Assembly (NCBI GenBank): GCA_003507445.1
Contig: DNVR01000019.1
Location: 142,132 to 206,131 of the forward strand
Source: Candidatus Moraniibacteriota bacterium
GTDB lineage: Bacteria; Patescibacteriota; Minisyncoccia; Moranbacterales; GWC2-37-73
Length of the DNA: 64,000 nucleotides
Direction: 5' to 3'
Shown: one piece after another, positions 1 to 8,914 of the stretch
How the letters are laid out: the number at the start of each line of letters is the position of its first letter
Numbering within the stretch: the first letter of the stretch is position 1
The notes under the pieces: generated by a model
What the model was told of the DNA's origin: nothing
Seen by the model: only the letters and a program-made list of their open reading frames with translations
The model's database searches: none
Position numbers and translations under genes: made by a program

Positions 1-98
1 CAGTTCAGCATCTGCATGCCCAATTGGTTGTTTCTGCCGGCCAAGAGCCTGTTATTACAAGAGTTGGTTGATAAAAGAAATTCAACGAAGCAAAAAGA

Positions 99-127
99 CC
101 ACCATATTGGTGGTCTTTTTGCATAAT
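99..127. terminator. Bidirectional hairpin aaaaagaccaccatattggtggtcttttt
   Basis: Inverted repeat gaccacca/tggtggtc flanked by A- and T-runs, directly downstream of the minus-strand gene ending at 129. Confidence 0.5.
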
Positions 128-128
128 G

Positions 129-977
129 CTATTTGACCAGAATAAGTTCTATGCCTGCATTTTTAAGAATATCTTCTGCATCAGAAAGGGAATATCCCTC
201 CTGATAATAAACTTTTTTGATCCCAGCTTCAGCCACCAACTTGGCGCAAGTTGGACAAGGAAATGTGGTGACATATAAATGGGTGTTATTTAGGCTTATT
301 CCGTCTTTGGCAGCCTTTCCGATCAAAGATGCTTCCGCATGGATAGAGTTTGATAAGTGATGATTTTCGCCAGCATCAAAGCACATTCTTAAATCTCCAT
401 AAACAGCCATATTTTCCTGTGTTGGGACATGTCGATTGAATGCCGAAAGTATTATTAAACCTTTTTCGTCTGTAACTAGAACACCGATCTGTCTCCACCA
501 ATTGGCACTTTTTTCCTTCAGTTCATCAGTCTTTTTGATAAGTTCTTGGTGAGCCTTTTCATATGTAATTGTTCTGTCACTGGAAATTTCTAATTCCTGG
601 GTTGATACTGGCTTGTTCCATCTTAAAAATACATTTTCAAATTCAACTTTTTTATCGGAAAGGAATTTTTCTGCAAACCAGTGAGACACGTCCTCATCGG
701 GCATAATAATAGAAACATTTTCCAAATCCGTTAGTTTTTTTAGGTTGTCTGAAGTTAGCAGGTCCACCTTTTTAAATATGTTTGATTTTGCAATAAAATC
801 ATAAATCGTCTCTTGATCTATAGTCCTAAGATCTCTTTGCAGATTGACAAACTTATCCCATTTTTCAAGAATGGTATTATCTAGGATATAAAGATGATCT
901 GGATATTTTTTGAATAGTTCCAGATATTTAATATGAATAACAGGAACCAAGGCAATTAATATTTTTTTTTCAGACAT
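129..977 (-). CDS. dCMP/cytidine deaminase-domain protein with uncharacterised ~150-aa N-terminal domain
   Basis: C-terminal HAEASLI ... PCPTCAKLV zinc-binding deaminase motifs (HAE / PCxxC). N-terminal half has no family I recognise. Confidence 0.6.
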   Translation of the reverse strand: MSEKKILIALVPVIHIKYLELFKKYPDHLYILDNTILEKWDKFVNLQRDLRTIDQETIYDFIAKSNIFKKVDLLTSDNLKKLTDLENVSIIMPDEDVSHWFAEKFLSDKKVEFENVFLRWNKPVSTQELEISSDRTITYEKAHQELIKKTDELKEKSANWWRQIGVLVTDEKGLIILSAFNRHVPTQENMAVYGDLRMCFDAGENHHLSNSIHAEASLIGKAAKDGISLNNTHLYVTTFPCPTCAKLVAEAGIKKVYYQEGYSLSDAEDILKNAGIELILVK

Positions 978-987
978 TGTTTTTTTG

Positions 988-1575
988 TTATGCTTTTTTG
1001 TTGTATAAAAATTTCTCTATCACCGTATGTAATTCTTTGGCAAGATCTTCAGCTCCTTTAATGGTCAATAGTCTTATTCTTGCGCTGGTTGAAGTGGTTG
1101 ATTGTGGCTCAAGATTTACAATTTCTTTGCAGTATGGAGTGTGTTGCTCGCATATCTCCTCAAGAAAACTTTTGCCCTTTTTGCTTGAAGCTGTACTTTC
1201 CGAAATAACTAAAACATCGGGCTTTATAGCCCTAATTAATTTTCCATGATCCGTTTTTGATTCTTTCATTACTATCAAATCAACATGCTTTAAGTGGGAT
1301 ATCATCTTGACTCTTTCAGTCTCTGGTACTATCGGGCGAGTCGGTCCTTTGCGATGCTTCACTACTTCATCAGTATCAACTCCAACAATCAATATATCGC
1401 CAAATCCCTTAGCTTTTTGAAGATATTGAGCATGTCCTTCATGTATAAGATCCCACACGCCCTGAGTTAATACAACTTTTAGATTGTTTTTTTTGAGAAG
1501 AGTTGCAATTCTCCCTATATCTTTTGTGGCAATAAGTCTTCCACTTCCCAAAATGCTTGATATTTCAATATCCAT
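988..1575 (-). CDS. Cytidylyltransferase-like nucleotidyltransferase (TagD / RfaE domain II-like)
   Basis: TQGVWDLIHEGHAQYL contains the HxGH motif of the nucleotidyltransferase alpha/beta phosphodiesterase fold. Overall shape resembles glycerol-3-P cytidylyltransferase or heptose-1-P adenylyltransferase. Confidence 0.55.
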   Translation of the reverse strand: MDIEISSILGSGRLIATKDIGRIATLLKKNNLKVVLTQGVWDLIHEGHAQYLQKAKGFGDILIVGVDTDEVVKHRKGPTRPIVPETERVKMISHLKHVDLIVMKESKTDHGKLIRAIKPDVLVISESTASSKKGKSFLEEICEQHTPYCKEIVNLEPQSTTSTSARIRLLTIKGAEDLAKELHTVIEKFLYNKKA

Positions 1576-1737
1576 AAGTCTTACCGTGATTAATTTTTTG
1601 TATAGCTATATTAGCACTCAGATACGATATTGGCAATGTGGTCAAATTTGTACTGGTGTTAGGATAGTTAAAATCTTAGAGAGAGGAGAAATGTCTTTGC
1701 AATGCGTATTTTTGTATGATATTATTAAAAAAGTTAA

Positions 1738-2241
1738 ATGAACAAAAAAGTAATGAATAATCCAAAAATCAGCATAATTTGCGCCATTGCGGAAAATCGG
1801 GCCATTGGAAAAAACAATGACTTGCTTTGGCATATTCCGGAAGATTTTAAGCACTTCAAGGAGAAAACCATGGGACATGTGATTGTGATGGGCCAAAAAA
1901 CCTATGATTCGATCGGCAAACCTCTGCCAAACAGAACGACAATTGTTTTGTCCAGCGACCCAACTGTGAACATCGAAGGGGTAATTATGGCACGAACTTT
2001 TGATGAAGTTTTTGCAAAAGCGCGCGAGCTTGAAAAGGAGGAAGTTTTTATTTGCGGTGGTGGCAGTGTTTATGCGCAAACAATTGGTATGGTGGATAAA
2101 CTTTATCTTACAGTCGTGAAAGGAAATTTTGAAGCAGATGTTTTCTTTCCAAAATATGATGAGTTTAAAAAAGTTGTTAGCCAGAGGAAAAGCAGCGATG
2201 AAAATTTTGAGTATACATTTTTAGAATTAGAAAAGGAATAA
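1738..2241 (+). CDS. folA: Dihydrofolate reductase
   Basis: ISIICAIAENRAIGKNNDLLWHIPEDFKHFKEKTMGHVIVMGQKTYDSIG is the classic DHFR N-terminus. Length 167 aa. Confidence 0.85.
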   Translation: MNKKVMNNPKISIICAIAENRAIGKNNDLLWHIPEDFKHFKEKTMGHVIVMGQKTYDSIGKPLPNRTTIVLSSDPTVNIEGVIMARTFDEVFAKARELEKEEVFICGGGSVYAQTIGMVDKLYLTVVKGNFEADVFFPKYDEFKKVVSQRKSSDENFEYTFLELEKE

Positions 2242-2245
2242 TAAT

Positions 2246-2854
2246 ATGAAAAAAACAAATGAAAATAGGGATATTGAATTTTTTTATGAAATAGGTCAAC
2301 TGCGTCTCATAAATAGGATGTGGAGAAGATTTTTTCAATCAGAAACTTCCAATGTTGCTGAACATACACTCAGGGTTATTTGGGTCGCCCTTGCTTTGGC
2401 AAAGAAAGAAAAAGTTGTAAATGAAGAAAAGGTGTTGAAAATGGCGTTGGTTCATGATATTACAGAGAGCAGAACTGGGGAAGTCGATTACATTTCGCGG
2501 CAATATGCAGACTTGAAAGAGGAACTGGCAATTAATGATATGTTGAATGATACTGTTCTAGAAGAAGATTTTCTTGAGGTATGGAAAGAATATGAAAAAA
2601 GAGAATGTATAGAAGCAAAAATAGTTAAAGATGCTGACAATCTCGATGTTAATTTGGAATTGATGGAGCAGCGAATCCAAACTATTTCTGATAAATTTAT
2701 AAAGCCAAGAGAAGTTCTTGTGAAGCCAAAATTATATACAAAAACTGCAAAAAAATATTGGAGTTTGATTTCCACTGCCGATGTTCATGACTGGCATGTT
2801 CTTGGACGAAATAGATTTAATGAAGGTGATTGGAAAAAGAAATCTAAAAAATAA
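2246..2854 (+). CDS. HD-domain phosphohydrolase (YfbR-like 5'-deoxynucleotidase family)
   Basis: HTLRV...LVHDITESRTGEVD HD motif. Length and layout match YfbR-type nucleotidases. Confidence 0.7.
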   Translation: MKKTNENRDIEFFYEIGQLRLINRMWRRFFQSETSNVAEHTLRVIWVALALAKKEKVVNEEKVLKMALVHDITESRTGEVDYISRQYADLKEELAINDMLNDTVLEEDFLEVWKEYEKRECIEAKIVKDADNLDVNLELMEQRIQTISDKFIKPREVLVKPKLYTKTAKKYWSLISTADVHDWHVLGRNRFNEGDWKKKSKK

Positions 2855-2867
2855 TAACCATAAAATT

Positions 2868-4394
2868 ATGTCAAAATACATTCCTGTCATCGGTATGGAA
2901 GTTCACGTGGAGCTTAAAACTCACTCTAAGATGTTTTGCAATTCTAAAAATGGACTTGGACTTGAGAAAAAGCCAAATATTCATATTTGTCCTGTTTGCA
3001 CAGCTCAACCCGGAACACTTCCGGTGCCAAATCAGCAAGCTATTGAGTTTGTGCAGTTGGCCGGTCTTGCACTGAATTGCGAGCTGAATTTGAAGTCTAA
3101 ATTTGACCGTAAAAACTATTTTTACCCAGATCTTCCAAAGGGTTATCAAATCTCGCAATATGATCAACCACTTTGCGGGCTGGGGCATATGGATATAGAA
3201 GTTGAAAGTCAAAAGTCAAAAGTCATAAAGCGCATTGGGGTTACGCGAATTCATCTCGAGGAGGACACAGGAAAGCTTATTCACCCCGTAAAATCGTCTG
3301 CTGACGATCACGGGGCAGGTCCCGAGTGTGGTTATACTCTGGTGGACTATAACCGCGCTGGAGTGCCTTTAATGGAGCTTGTGACGGAACCTGACATTGA
3401 AAATGGGGAGCAAGCTCGGATATTTTGCACCCGACTTCAGCAAATTTGCCGTTACTTGGGCATTTCTGATGCTGATATGGAAAAAGGCAATATGCGCTGC
3501 GAAGTTAATCTCTCACTGCACAAGGAAAATGAGGAAAAACTTAGTGGAACAAAGGTTGAGGTTAAAAATATCAACTCTTTTAGGTTTGTGGAAAAAGCCA
3601 TTAATTATGAAATTGAGCGTCAAACTGAGGCTTTGGAAAATGGAGAAAAAATTGTTCAGGAAACTCGCGGCTGGGATAGCGTGAAAAATGTGACAGTGTC
3701 GCAAAGAAAAAAAGAATCCGCACACGATTATCGATATTTTCCAGAGCCGGATATTCCTCCAATGGAATTTACTGAGGAATATGTGGAAGGATTAAAAAGA
3801 AAACTTCCTGAGCTTCCTGCTGCGAAAGAAAAAAGATTTGCCGAGGAATATGGCTTGAAAATGGATGATATTTTGATTTTAACTGCCCAGGCTGATTTGG
3901 CTGAATATTTTGAAAATGTTATCAGTGAAATTAAGGAGAAAATTGCATCTCACGAAATCGTGGCAACTGAAGAAAAAGTTATTAAATTGGCTGTGAATTA
4001 TATCATTTCAGAAGTTCGCAAGCATTTGGCAGAGAATAATCACGACATTCGTGATCTCAAAATTTCAGCTGAAAATTATGCTGAGTTTATTGGAATTGTG
4101 GCGGATGGAAAAATAAACTCTTCTGCTGCACAAACCGTGCTCAAAGAAATGTATCACACTGGTGGCGATCCATCTCAAATCATTGAAGAAAAAAATCTTG
4201 GACAAATGGAGGATAGCAACGAATTGGAAATAATTGTGGATAAGGTTCTTTTGGGTAACCAAAAATCAATTGATGATTTTAAAGCTGGGAAAGATAATGC
4301 GCTTAAATTTTTGATGGGGCAAGTGATGAAGGAATCAGGCGGCAAAGCAAACCCACAAGTTGTGATGGAAATTCTTAAGAAAAAATTAATTTAA
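2868..4394 (+). CDS. gatB: Asp-tRNA(Asn)/Glu-tRNA(Gln) amidotransferase subunit B
   Basis: MSKYIPVIGMEVHVELKT... conserved GatB N-terminus and C-terminal YqeY-like tail. True start is ATG at 2868; the ORF-track start at 2781 overlaps the upstream gene. Carries a short in-frame repeat insert (ESQKSKV, 3207-3225). Confidence 0.9.
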   Translation: MSKYIPVIGMEVHVELKTHSKMFCNSKNGLGLEKKPNIHICPVCTAQPGTLPVPNQQAIEFVQLAGLALNCELNLKSKFDRKNYFYPDLPKGYQISQYDQPLCGLGHMDIEVESQKSKVIKRIGVTRIHLEEDTGKLIHPVKSSADDHGAGPECGYTLVDYNRAGVPLMELVTEPDIENGEQARIFCTRLQQICRYLGISDADMEKGNMRCEVNLSLHKENEEKLSGTKVEVKNINSFRFVEKAINYEIERQTEALENGEKIVQETRGWDSVKNVTVSQRKKESAHDYRYFPEPDIPPMEFTEEYVEGLKRKLPELPAAKEKRFAEEYGLKMDDILILTAQADLAEYFENVISEIKEKIASHEIVATEEKVIKLAVNYIISEVRKHLAENNHDIRDLKISAENYAEFIGIVADGKINSSAAQTVLKEMYHTGGDPSQIIEEKNLGQMEDSNELEIIVDKVLLGNQKSIDDFKAGKDNALKFLMGQVMKESGGKANPQVVMEILKKKLI

Positions 4395-4409
4395 TTAATT
4401 AAAAATAAT

Positions 4410-4931
4410 ATGGGAGAAGTTAGATTCATACAAGGATATAATCCTGAAGCAGGAAAAAAGGTTGGAACAAATAGAGATGACTTGGAGTTTCATAAGAATC
4501 AGGCTGCTATCACTGCTGCTTATGAGCAAAAAAAGAAAGAATTGAAAGAGAGAACTGAGGAAACGGCTAGATTAAAAAGGGAAATGGGTGGTTCTGATAT
4601 TTCAATTTCTCCAGAAACAGATGAGGTGCGAGAGGTTATGCATGAAAATTTCAAAGTGTCGTTAGCTTCAGTAGAGACGGATATAAAAGATGCAGTAAAA
4701 TGTGCTAGAGAATTAAAAGAGGATGTAAGCGATAAAGAAGATGCAAATTATGAACTCAAAATTCACTTGCAAGGAATAAGAATTAAGGATTTAGACGGAC
4801 GTCTTCAAAGTCTGCAGGAAATATACAAAAAAGATGAATTCCCAGAATTTCTGGGTAGACTCAAGGATGCGCTTATGATGCTTGATGTTTTAAAAACAAA
4901 TAGTAAATTTGAAAATAAAAAAAGAGCATAG
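4410..4931 (+). CDS. Hypothetical charged coiled-coil protein
   Basis: 173-aa ORF rich in Lys/Glu, no recognisable domain, followed by a terminator. Confidence 0.4.
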   Translation: MGEVRFIQGYNPEAGKKVGTNRDDLEFHKNQAAITAAYEQKKKELKERTEETARLKREMGGSDISISPETDEVREVMHENFKVSLASVETDIKDAVKCARELKEDVSDKEDANYELKIHLQGIRIKDLDGRLQSLQEIYKKDEFPEFLGRLKDALMMLDVLKTNSKFENKKRA

Positions 4932-4949
4932 AAATTTTACTTAAAGAAA

Positions 4950-4981
4950 AAGGCGAACTGTGAATCCAGTTCGCCTTTTTA
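4950..4981. terminator. Rho-independent terminator aaaaaggcgaactg...cagttcgccttttt
   Basis: Perfect stem ggcgaactg/cagttcgcc with A/T flanks, between convergent genes. Confidence 0.6.
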
Positions 4982-4992
4982 TTGAGAAGTTT

Positions 4993-5355
4993 TTATTCCA
5001 TTTGGAGAGTGAATGCCCCGGCGCATTCTCTTCCACTGTCTGTTAAGTACAAAAAAATTTTTGTAGTTTTTGTTATTTTTGTACTTAAATTTGCTGGAAG
5101 AGGGATGGTAAGTTTTAAGTCAGCTTTTGTTTTCAGGATTACTTCCGAAATTGGCAGTTTTGCATTTGATAATGTTGTGCCTATTCCTGATTCAAAAATA
5201 ACCGTTTTCCCATTAGTAAGACGCAAGCAAACACCTTGAATTAACGAAGCGATGTCGACCGCTGGATGCAAATCAATCTTTAGTGCAACCTCTTTTATGG
5301 TAAAGGTTATATTCTTTGCGCATTTGCCGATTGTTGCTCCTATTAAACTTGACAT
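4993..5355 (-). CDS. Hypothetical protein
   Basis: Strong SD (aaaggaggtg) 8 nt upstream of ATG at 5355. No family recognised. The ORF-track GTG start is too close to the SD. Confidence 0.45.
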   Translation of the reverse strand: MSSLIGATIGKCAKNITFTIKEVALKIDLHPAVDIASLIQGVCLRLTNGKTVIFESGIGTTLSNAKLPISEVILKTKADLKLTIPLPANLSTKITKTTKIFLYLTDSGRECAGAFTLQME

Positions 5356-5442
5356 TCTAATCACCTCCTTTCAGGTTGATTTTAAATTGGGAAAAAGCTA
5401 AATTGCCGACCTTTATTTATAGCAGATTTTAAGTATTTGTCA

Positions 5443-5512
5443 ACCCCACACTAACTTTTTCGCTTATTCTGAAATTAGTGCTTTGCACTACGAAAAAGTT
5501 AGTGCGGGGTCA
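5443..5512. repeat. Large near-perfect inverted repeat (19-bp arms ccccacactaactttttcg / cgaaaaagttagtgcgggg) with nested 6-bp IR in the loop
   Basis: Read directly from sequence. Sits in the divergent region between the 4993..5355(-) and 5730..6107(+) genes. Confidence 0.6.
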
Positions 5513-5729
5513 AGGAGTGGATAAGTCAATTTGTATTGGAAATGTGGTGGGTGTATAATGATTTTAATGAGTAAAATAACACAGGAAAAAAACTCAATAA
5601 ATTCAAAAGAAATGTGATTGAGAGTCGCCAGTGATGGTGATTTTTTTTGAGCAAAAAACGGTTCTTTAAAAAGCGCAGTTAACCTATAACAACTTGGGTA
5701 CTGTGATACCCAAGAAAGGGGCGTGAAAG

Positions 5730-6107
5730 ATGAATAAAATAAGCAATATTGTAACAACAGAGTGCAGATGTGACCACTATAGTCTTTGTTTTTCTGCGGG
5801 GGCTGGTTGTACTACAAAATCTTCAATGGCATCATGTGGTACTGCTATTGAAGTTAAAGAGTTGGCAACAAAGTGGCCCTGTCCTGCGGTTAGAAGTGGT
5901 CATTGTGAAATTCCAGATTATCTCGTTTTGGTGAAAAGGGGCGTGCCTTGTGGAGAGGAGAATAAGTGCTTTCTTATTGAATTTTTTAAGGGGCTTATTC
6001 CTCCTCAAGATTTTGTTTCCACAGGCAAGCTTCCTGAAACTTACAAGCGACCACGAGCTAAAAAAAGCAACATCTTAAGAATCCTTAAAGAGGTTGGGAT
6101 GAGGTAA
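5730..6107 (+). CDS. Hypothetical small Cys-rich protein (9 Cys in 125 aa)
   Basis: ORF with upstream agaaagggg SD-like sequence. Cysteine pattern matches no family I know. Confidence 0.4.
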   Translation: MNKISNIVTTECRCDHYSLCFSAGAGCTTKSSMASCGTAIEVKELATKWPCPAVRSGHCEIPDYLVLVKRGVPCGEENKCFLIEFFKGLIPPQDFVSTGKLPETYKRPRAKKSNILRILKEVGMR

Positions 6108-6119
6108 TGTGTTTATTTA

Positions 6120-6148
6120 GAGGTTGACCGTATACGGTCAACCTCTTT
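6120..6148. terminator. Perfect palindrome agaggttgaccgtatacggtcaacctct (bidirectional terminator)
   Basis: Hairpin of about 12 bp between convergent genes 5730..6107 and miaA. Confidence 0.55.
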
Positions 6149-6153
6149 AAAGT

Positions 6154-7083
6154 TTAAAGAAAATTTTTAACTTCTTTTTCAATATCTTCATACTTGTCTA
6201 GCCAGATAATGTCTTTGTTTCGTTTAAGCCAAGTCATTTGGCGCTTGGCAAAATGGATAATGTCAAAATATAAGAGCTTTTTCATCTCATCTAGTCCAAC
6301 CTTATCTTGTAGAAATCTTGATATCCAGCGATATTCCAAGCCAATGCGCTCCAACCATTCGTAAGTCACTCCATTTTTTTGGAGACTTTCCACTTCCTGA
6401 ATCATACCCTCATCAAAACGTTCATTAAGGCGTTTTTGTATTTTTGCATTTAATTCTTCTCGCTCAGTCTTTATCCCAATTTGCAAAAAATCATATTTTT
6501 TAACTGACAACTTACAACTAACAACTGACAACTTTGGAACTTTGCCTAGTGCTTTGCATATTTCAATTGCGCGAATGAGGCGCACGGGGTTTTTTGCATC
6601 AATATTTTTCGCGCGCTCAGGATCAAGTCTTCTCAATTCTTCAAAAAGCTCCTCAGTTGTTTTGCTACGTAACATGCTACGTAGCAGTTCGTCGGGTGCG
6701 ACTTCAGGTATAATTGTGTTATTTGTGATTGAATCAATCCAAAAATTTGTTCCACCACAAATGATTGGTATTTTTCCTCGTCCAATAATTTCTCCAATTA
6801 TTTTTTCAGCATCTTTTTTGAAGTGTGAAATATTATAATCTTCCATTGGCTCCGCCACATCAATCAGATGATGTAAAACATTTTCTGAAACAAATGCTCC
6901 ATGCTCCATACTCCATACTCCATCAACTTTTCCTGAACCAATATCAAGACCCTTATAAACTTGTCGGCTGTCAGCCGAAATTATTTCTCCATTAAATTTT
7001 TGAGCAAGTTTAATAGCAACTCCGGATTTTCCAGAAGCTGTGGGCCCCATAACAACAATGATTTTTGGTGCTTGTGTTTGCAT
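6154..7083 (-). CDS. miaA: tRNA dimethylallyltransferase
   Basis: IIVVMGPTASGKSGVAIKLAQKFNGEIISADSRQVYKGLDIGSGK is a P-loop MiaA signature. Contains in-frame repeat-derived inserts (VVSCKLSV...). Confidence 0.9.
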   Translation of the reverse strand: MQTQAPKIIVVMGPTASGKSGVAIKLAQKFNGEIISADSRQVYKGLDIGSGKVDGVWSMEHGAFVSENVLHHLIDVAEPMEDYNISHFKKDAEKIIGEIIGRGKIPIICGGTNFWIDSITNNTIIPEVAPDELLRSMLRSKTTEELFEELRRLDPERAKNIDAKNPVRLIRAIEICKALGKVPKLSVVSCKLSVKKYDFLQIGIKTEREELNAKIQKRLNERFDEGMIQEVESLQKNGVTYEWLERIGLEYRWISRFLQDKVGLDEMKKLLYFDIIHFAKRQMTWLKRNKDIIWLDKYEDIEKEVKNFL

Positions 7084-7084
7084 A

Positions 7085-8521
7085 TTATTCTGCTCTACCT
7101 TCTAAGTTCCAAATATTGGCTTTAATAATCTTAACCTTCACAAATGTTCCGATTTGAATTTTTTTGTTAGAGACGATCTTTACATTTTTTTGCGTTCTGG
7201 TTTTCCCGAAACATATAAAACTCTTTCTTGACGCGTTGTCAGCAGCAGTTGATTTTACGCGTTCAATTAATACTTCAAAGGTTTTGCCGACATATTTTTT
7301 GTTATTTGCAAAGGCGGTTTTCTTGAGAATTTCATTGAGATAATTTTCTCGACGCGCCTTTTCTTTTTGAGAGACATTGTCTTTCATTTTCCATGCCACT
7401 GTTTCAGGTCGGGGAGAATATTGTCCAAAAAATACCATATCAAATTTCGATTTTTTCATTACCGCGGCCGACTCAAGAAATTGTTTTTTTGTTTCACCGG
7501 GAAAACCCACGATAATGTCGCTGGAAACACTAATCAACACCGATTTTCCACGGATTTTCACGAATGCTTTTCTTATTTTTTTGATTTGCTCTAAATAATG
7601 TTTTTGGGTATATTTTCGATTCATTCTTCGCAAAATTTCATCATCCCCGGCTTGCACTGGCAAATGAATCCATTCACAAACCTTTTTGCATCTTGCCACT
7701 GTTTCAATTAGTTCATCAGTCATATCCTTTGGATGCGAGGAAACAAAACTAATCCAGAATTTTCCCGGAATTGAATTTATTTTTTTTAACAATTTCGAAA
7801 AATTAATTTCTTTCTGAGTATTTTTTGTTGATAGTTGATAGTTGATAGTTGTGGGTGATTTATAGCTATTCACATTTTGTCCAAGTAGTGTGATGCTTTT
7901 GTATCCTTTTGCGACTAGGTCTTTAATCTCTTTGATTATTTCTTCGGCAGGACGAGAAACTTCGCGTCCTCGTGCATTTGGAACAACACAATAACTGCAG
8001 AAATTATTGCACCCAGTCATTATAGGGACATAAGCGGCATAATTGCTACTATATTTTGGATTAATAGAGAGATATGCGATGTTTTCTTTGTTGGTGATTT
8101 TATTTGGTGCCGCAATTTCCAATTTCCAATTTCCAATTTCCAAATAATTTTCAATGATCCAATTTTCAAATTCCCTAATATCTTTAACGGGGAAGAATAA
8201 ATCAACTTTTGATTTCATTCTTTTTTGAACATCGGCGCGGTTGGCGAGGCAACCAGTCATCACAATAACTTTTGACTTTGCATTTTCTTGTTTTGTTCCA
8301 TGCTCTATGTTCCATGTTTTATGCTTTTTGCGTAAGTTGTTAATCATACTGTACGCTCGATTTTCGGCAGTTTGTTTTATTCCACAAGTATTGAAAATTG
8401 TCAAATCAGCTTCTTTGATGTTATCAGTAACAGAAAAATTATGTTGCTCTAAAAAAGCAGCGATTCGCTCGCTGTCGCTAACATTCATCTGACAGCCAAA
8501 TGTTTTGATAAAATATTTCAT
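7085..8521 (-). CDS. miaB: tRNA-i6A37 methylthiotransferase (radical SAM, MiaB-like)
   Basis: MKYFIKTFGCQMNVSDSE MTTase N-terminus, CxxxCxxC radical-SAM region (GCNNFCSYC) and C-terminal TRAM domain. Adjacent to miaA. Carries several in-frame repeat inserts (EIGNWKLEI, TINYQLS, WNIEHGT). Confidence 0.85.
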   Translation of the reverse strand: MKYFIKTFGCQMNVSDSERIAAFLEQHNFSVTDNIKEADLTIFNTCGIKQTAENRAYSMINNLRKKHKTWNIEHGTKQENAKSKVIVMTGCLANRADVQKRMKSKVDLFFPVKDIREFENWIIENYLEIGNWKLEIAAPNKITNKENIAYLSINPKYSSNYAAYVPIMTGCNNFCSYCVVPNARGREVSRPAEEIIKEIKDLVAKGYKSITLLGQNVNSYKSPTTINYQLSTKNTQKEINFSKLLKKINSIPGKFWISFVSSHPKDMTDELIETVARCKKVCEWIHLPVQAGDDEILRRMNRKYTQKHYLEQIKKIRKAFVKIRGKSVLISVSSDIIVGFPGETKKQFLESAAVMKKSKFDMVFFGQYSPRPETVAWKMKDNVSQKEKARRENYLNEILKKTAFANNKKYVGKTFEVLIERVKSTAADNASRKSFICFGKTRTQKNVKIVSNKKIQIGTFVKVKIIKANIWNLEGRAE

Positions 8522-8609
8522 AAATAATCATGCAACATATAACATATAGCAAAATACAATAATTGTAGAAAGGGTAATGGAGCCGCGGTTGCGACTCCAT
8601 TGAGTAAAC

Positions 8610-8876
8610 TCATTTCATTGGGGTTTTCGGGAAAAGCGTAGTTTTTGGAAGTGTCGTTTTTTCTGCCAATGTTGTTTTGGGTAGGGATGTTTTTGGCAAA
8701 ATACTTTTCGTTTTTTCTCTGTGTCCTTTTGGAGCTTTTTTCTTACCAGTTGTTGGAGTGGATGTGTAGCATCTTTCCCCAATTGGTATAGGTTTTCCAT
8801 CTGGCAGGTGCAAGCGACCCTTTTTAAGCGTTATATCACATTGTTCTTCACCATCTAAAAATGTGCCTGTAGACAT
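8610..8876 (-). CDS. Hypothetical small basic protein with LPKTTL repeats
   Basis: Strong SD (ggaggtg) upstream of ATG at 8876. Lys-rich, repetitive C-terminus. Confidence 0.4.
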   Translation of the reverse strand: MSTGTFLDGEEQCDITLKKGRLHLPDGKPIPIGERCYTSTPTTGKKKAPKGHREKTKSILPKTSLPKTTLAEKTTLPKTTLFPKTPMK

Positions 8877-8914
8877 TGGACACCTCCATTATTGAGATAA
8901 AATTAAGGTACTAA

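Noticed and set aside
8115-8145. CRISPR array hypothesis for the short tandem repeats (ttccaat etc.)
   Set aside because: Units are only 7 nt and directly abutting, with no spacers of 25-40 nt. The same words occur scattered, often inside coding sequence. No cas genes are present.
8615-8800. Alternative 61-aa frame overlapping the 8610..8876 ORF
   Set aside because: The other frame has the strong SD and a longer ORF. Only one is likely real.
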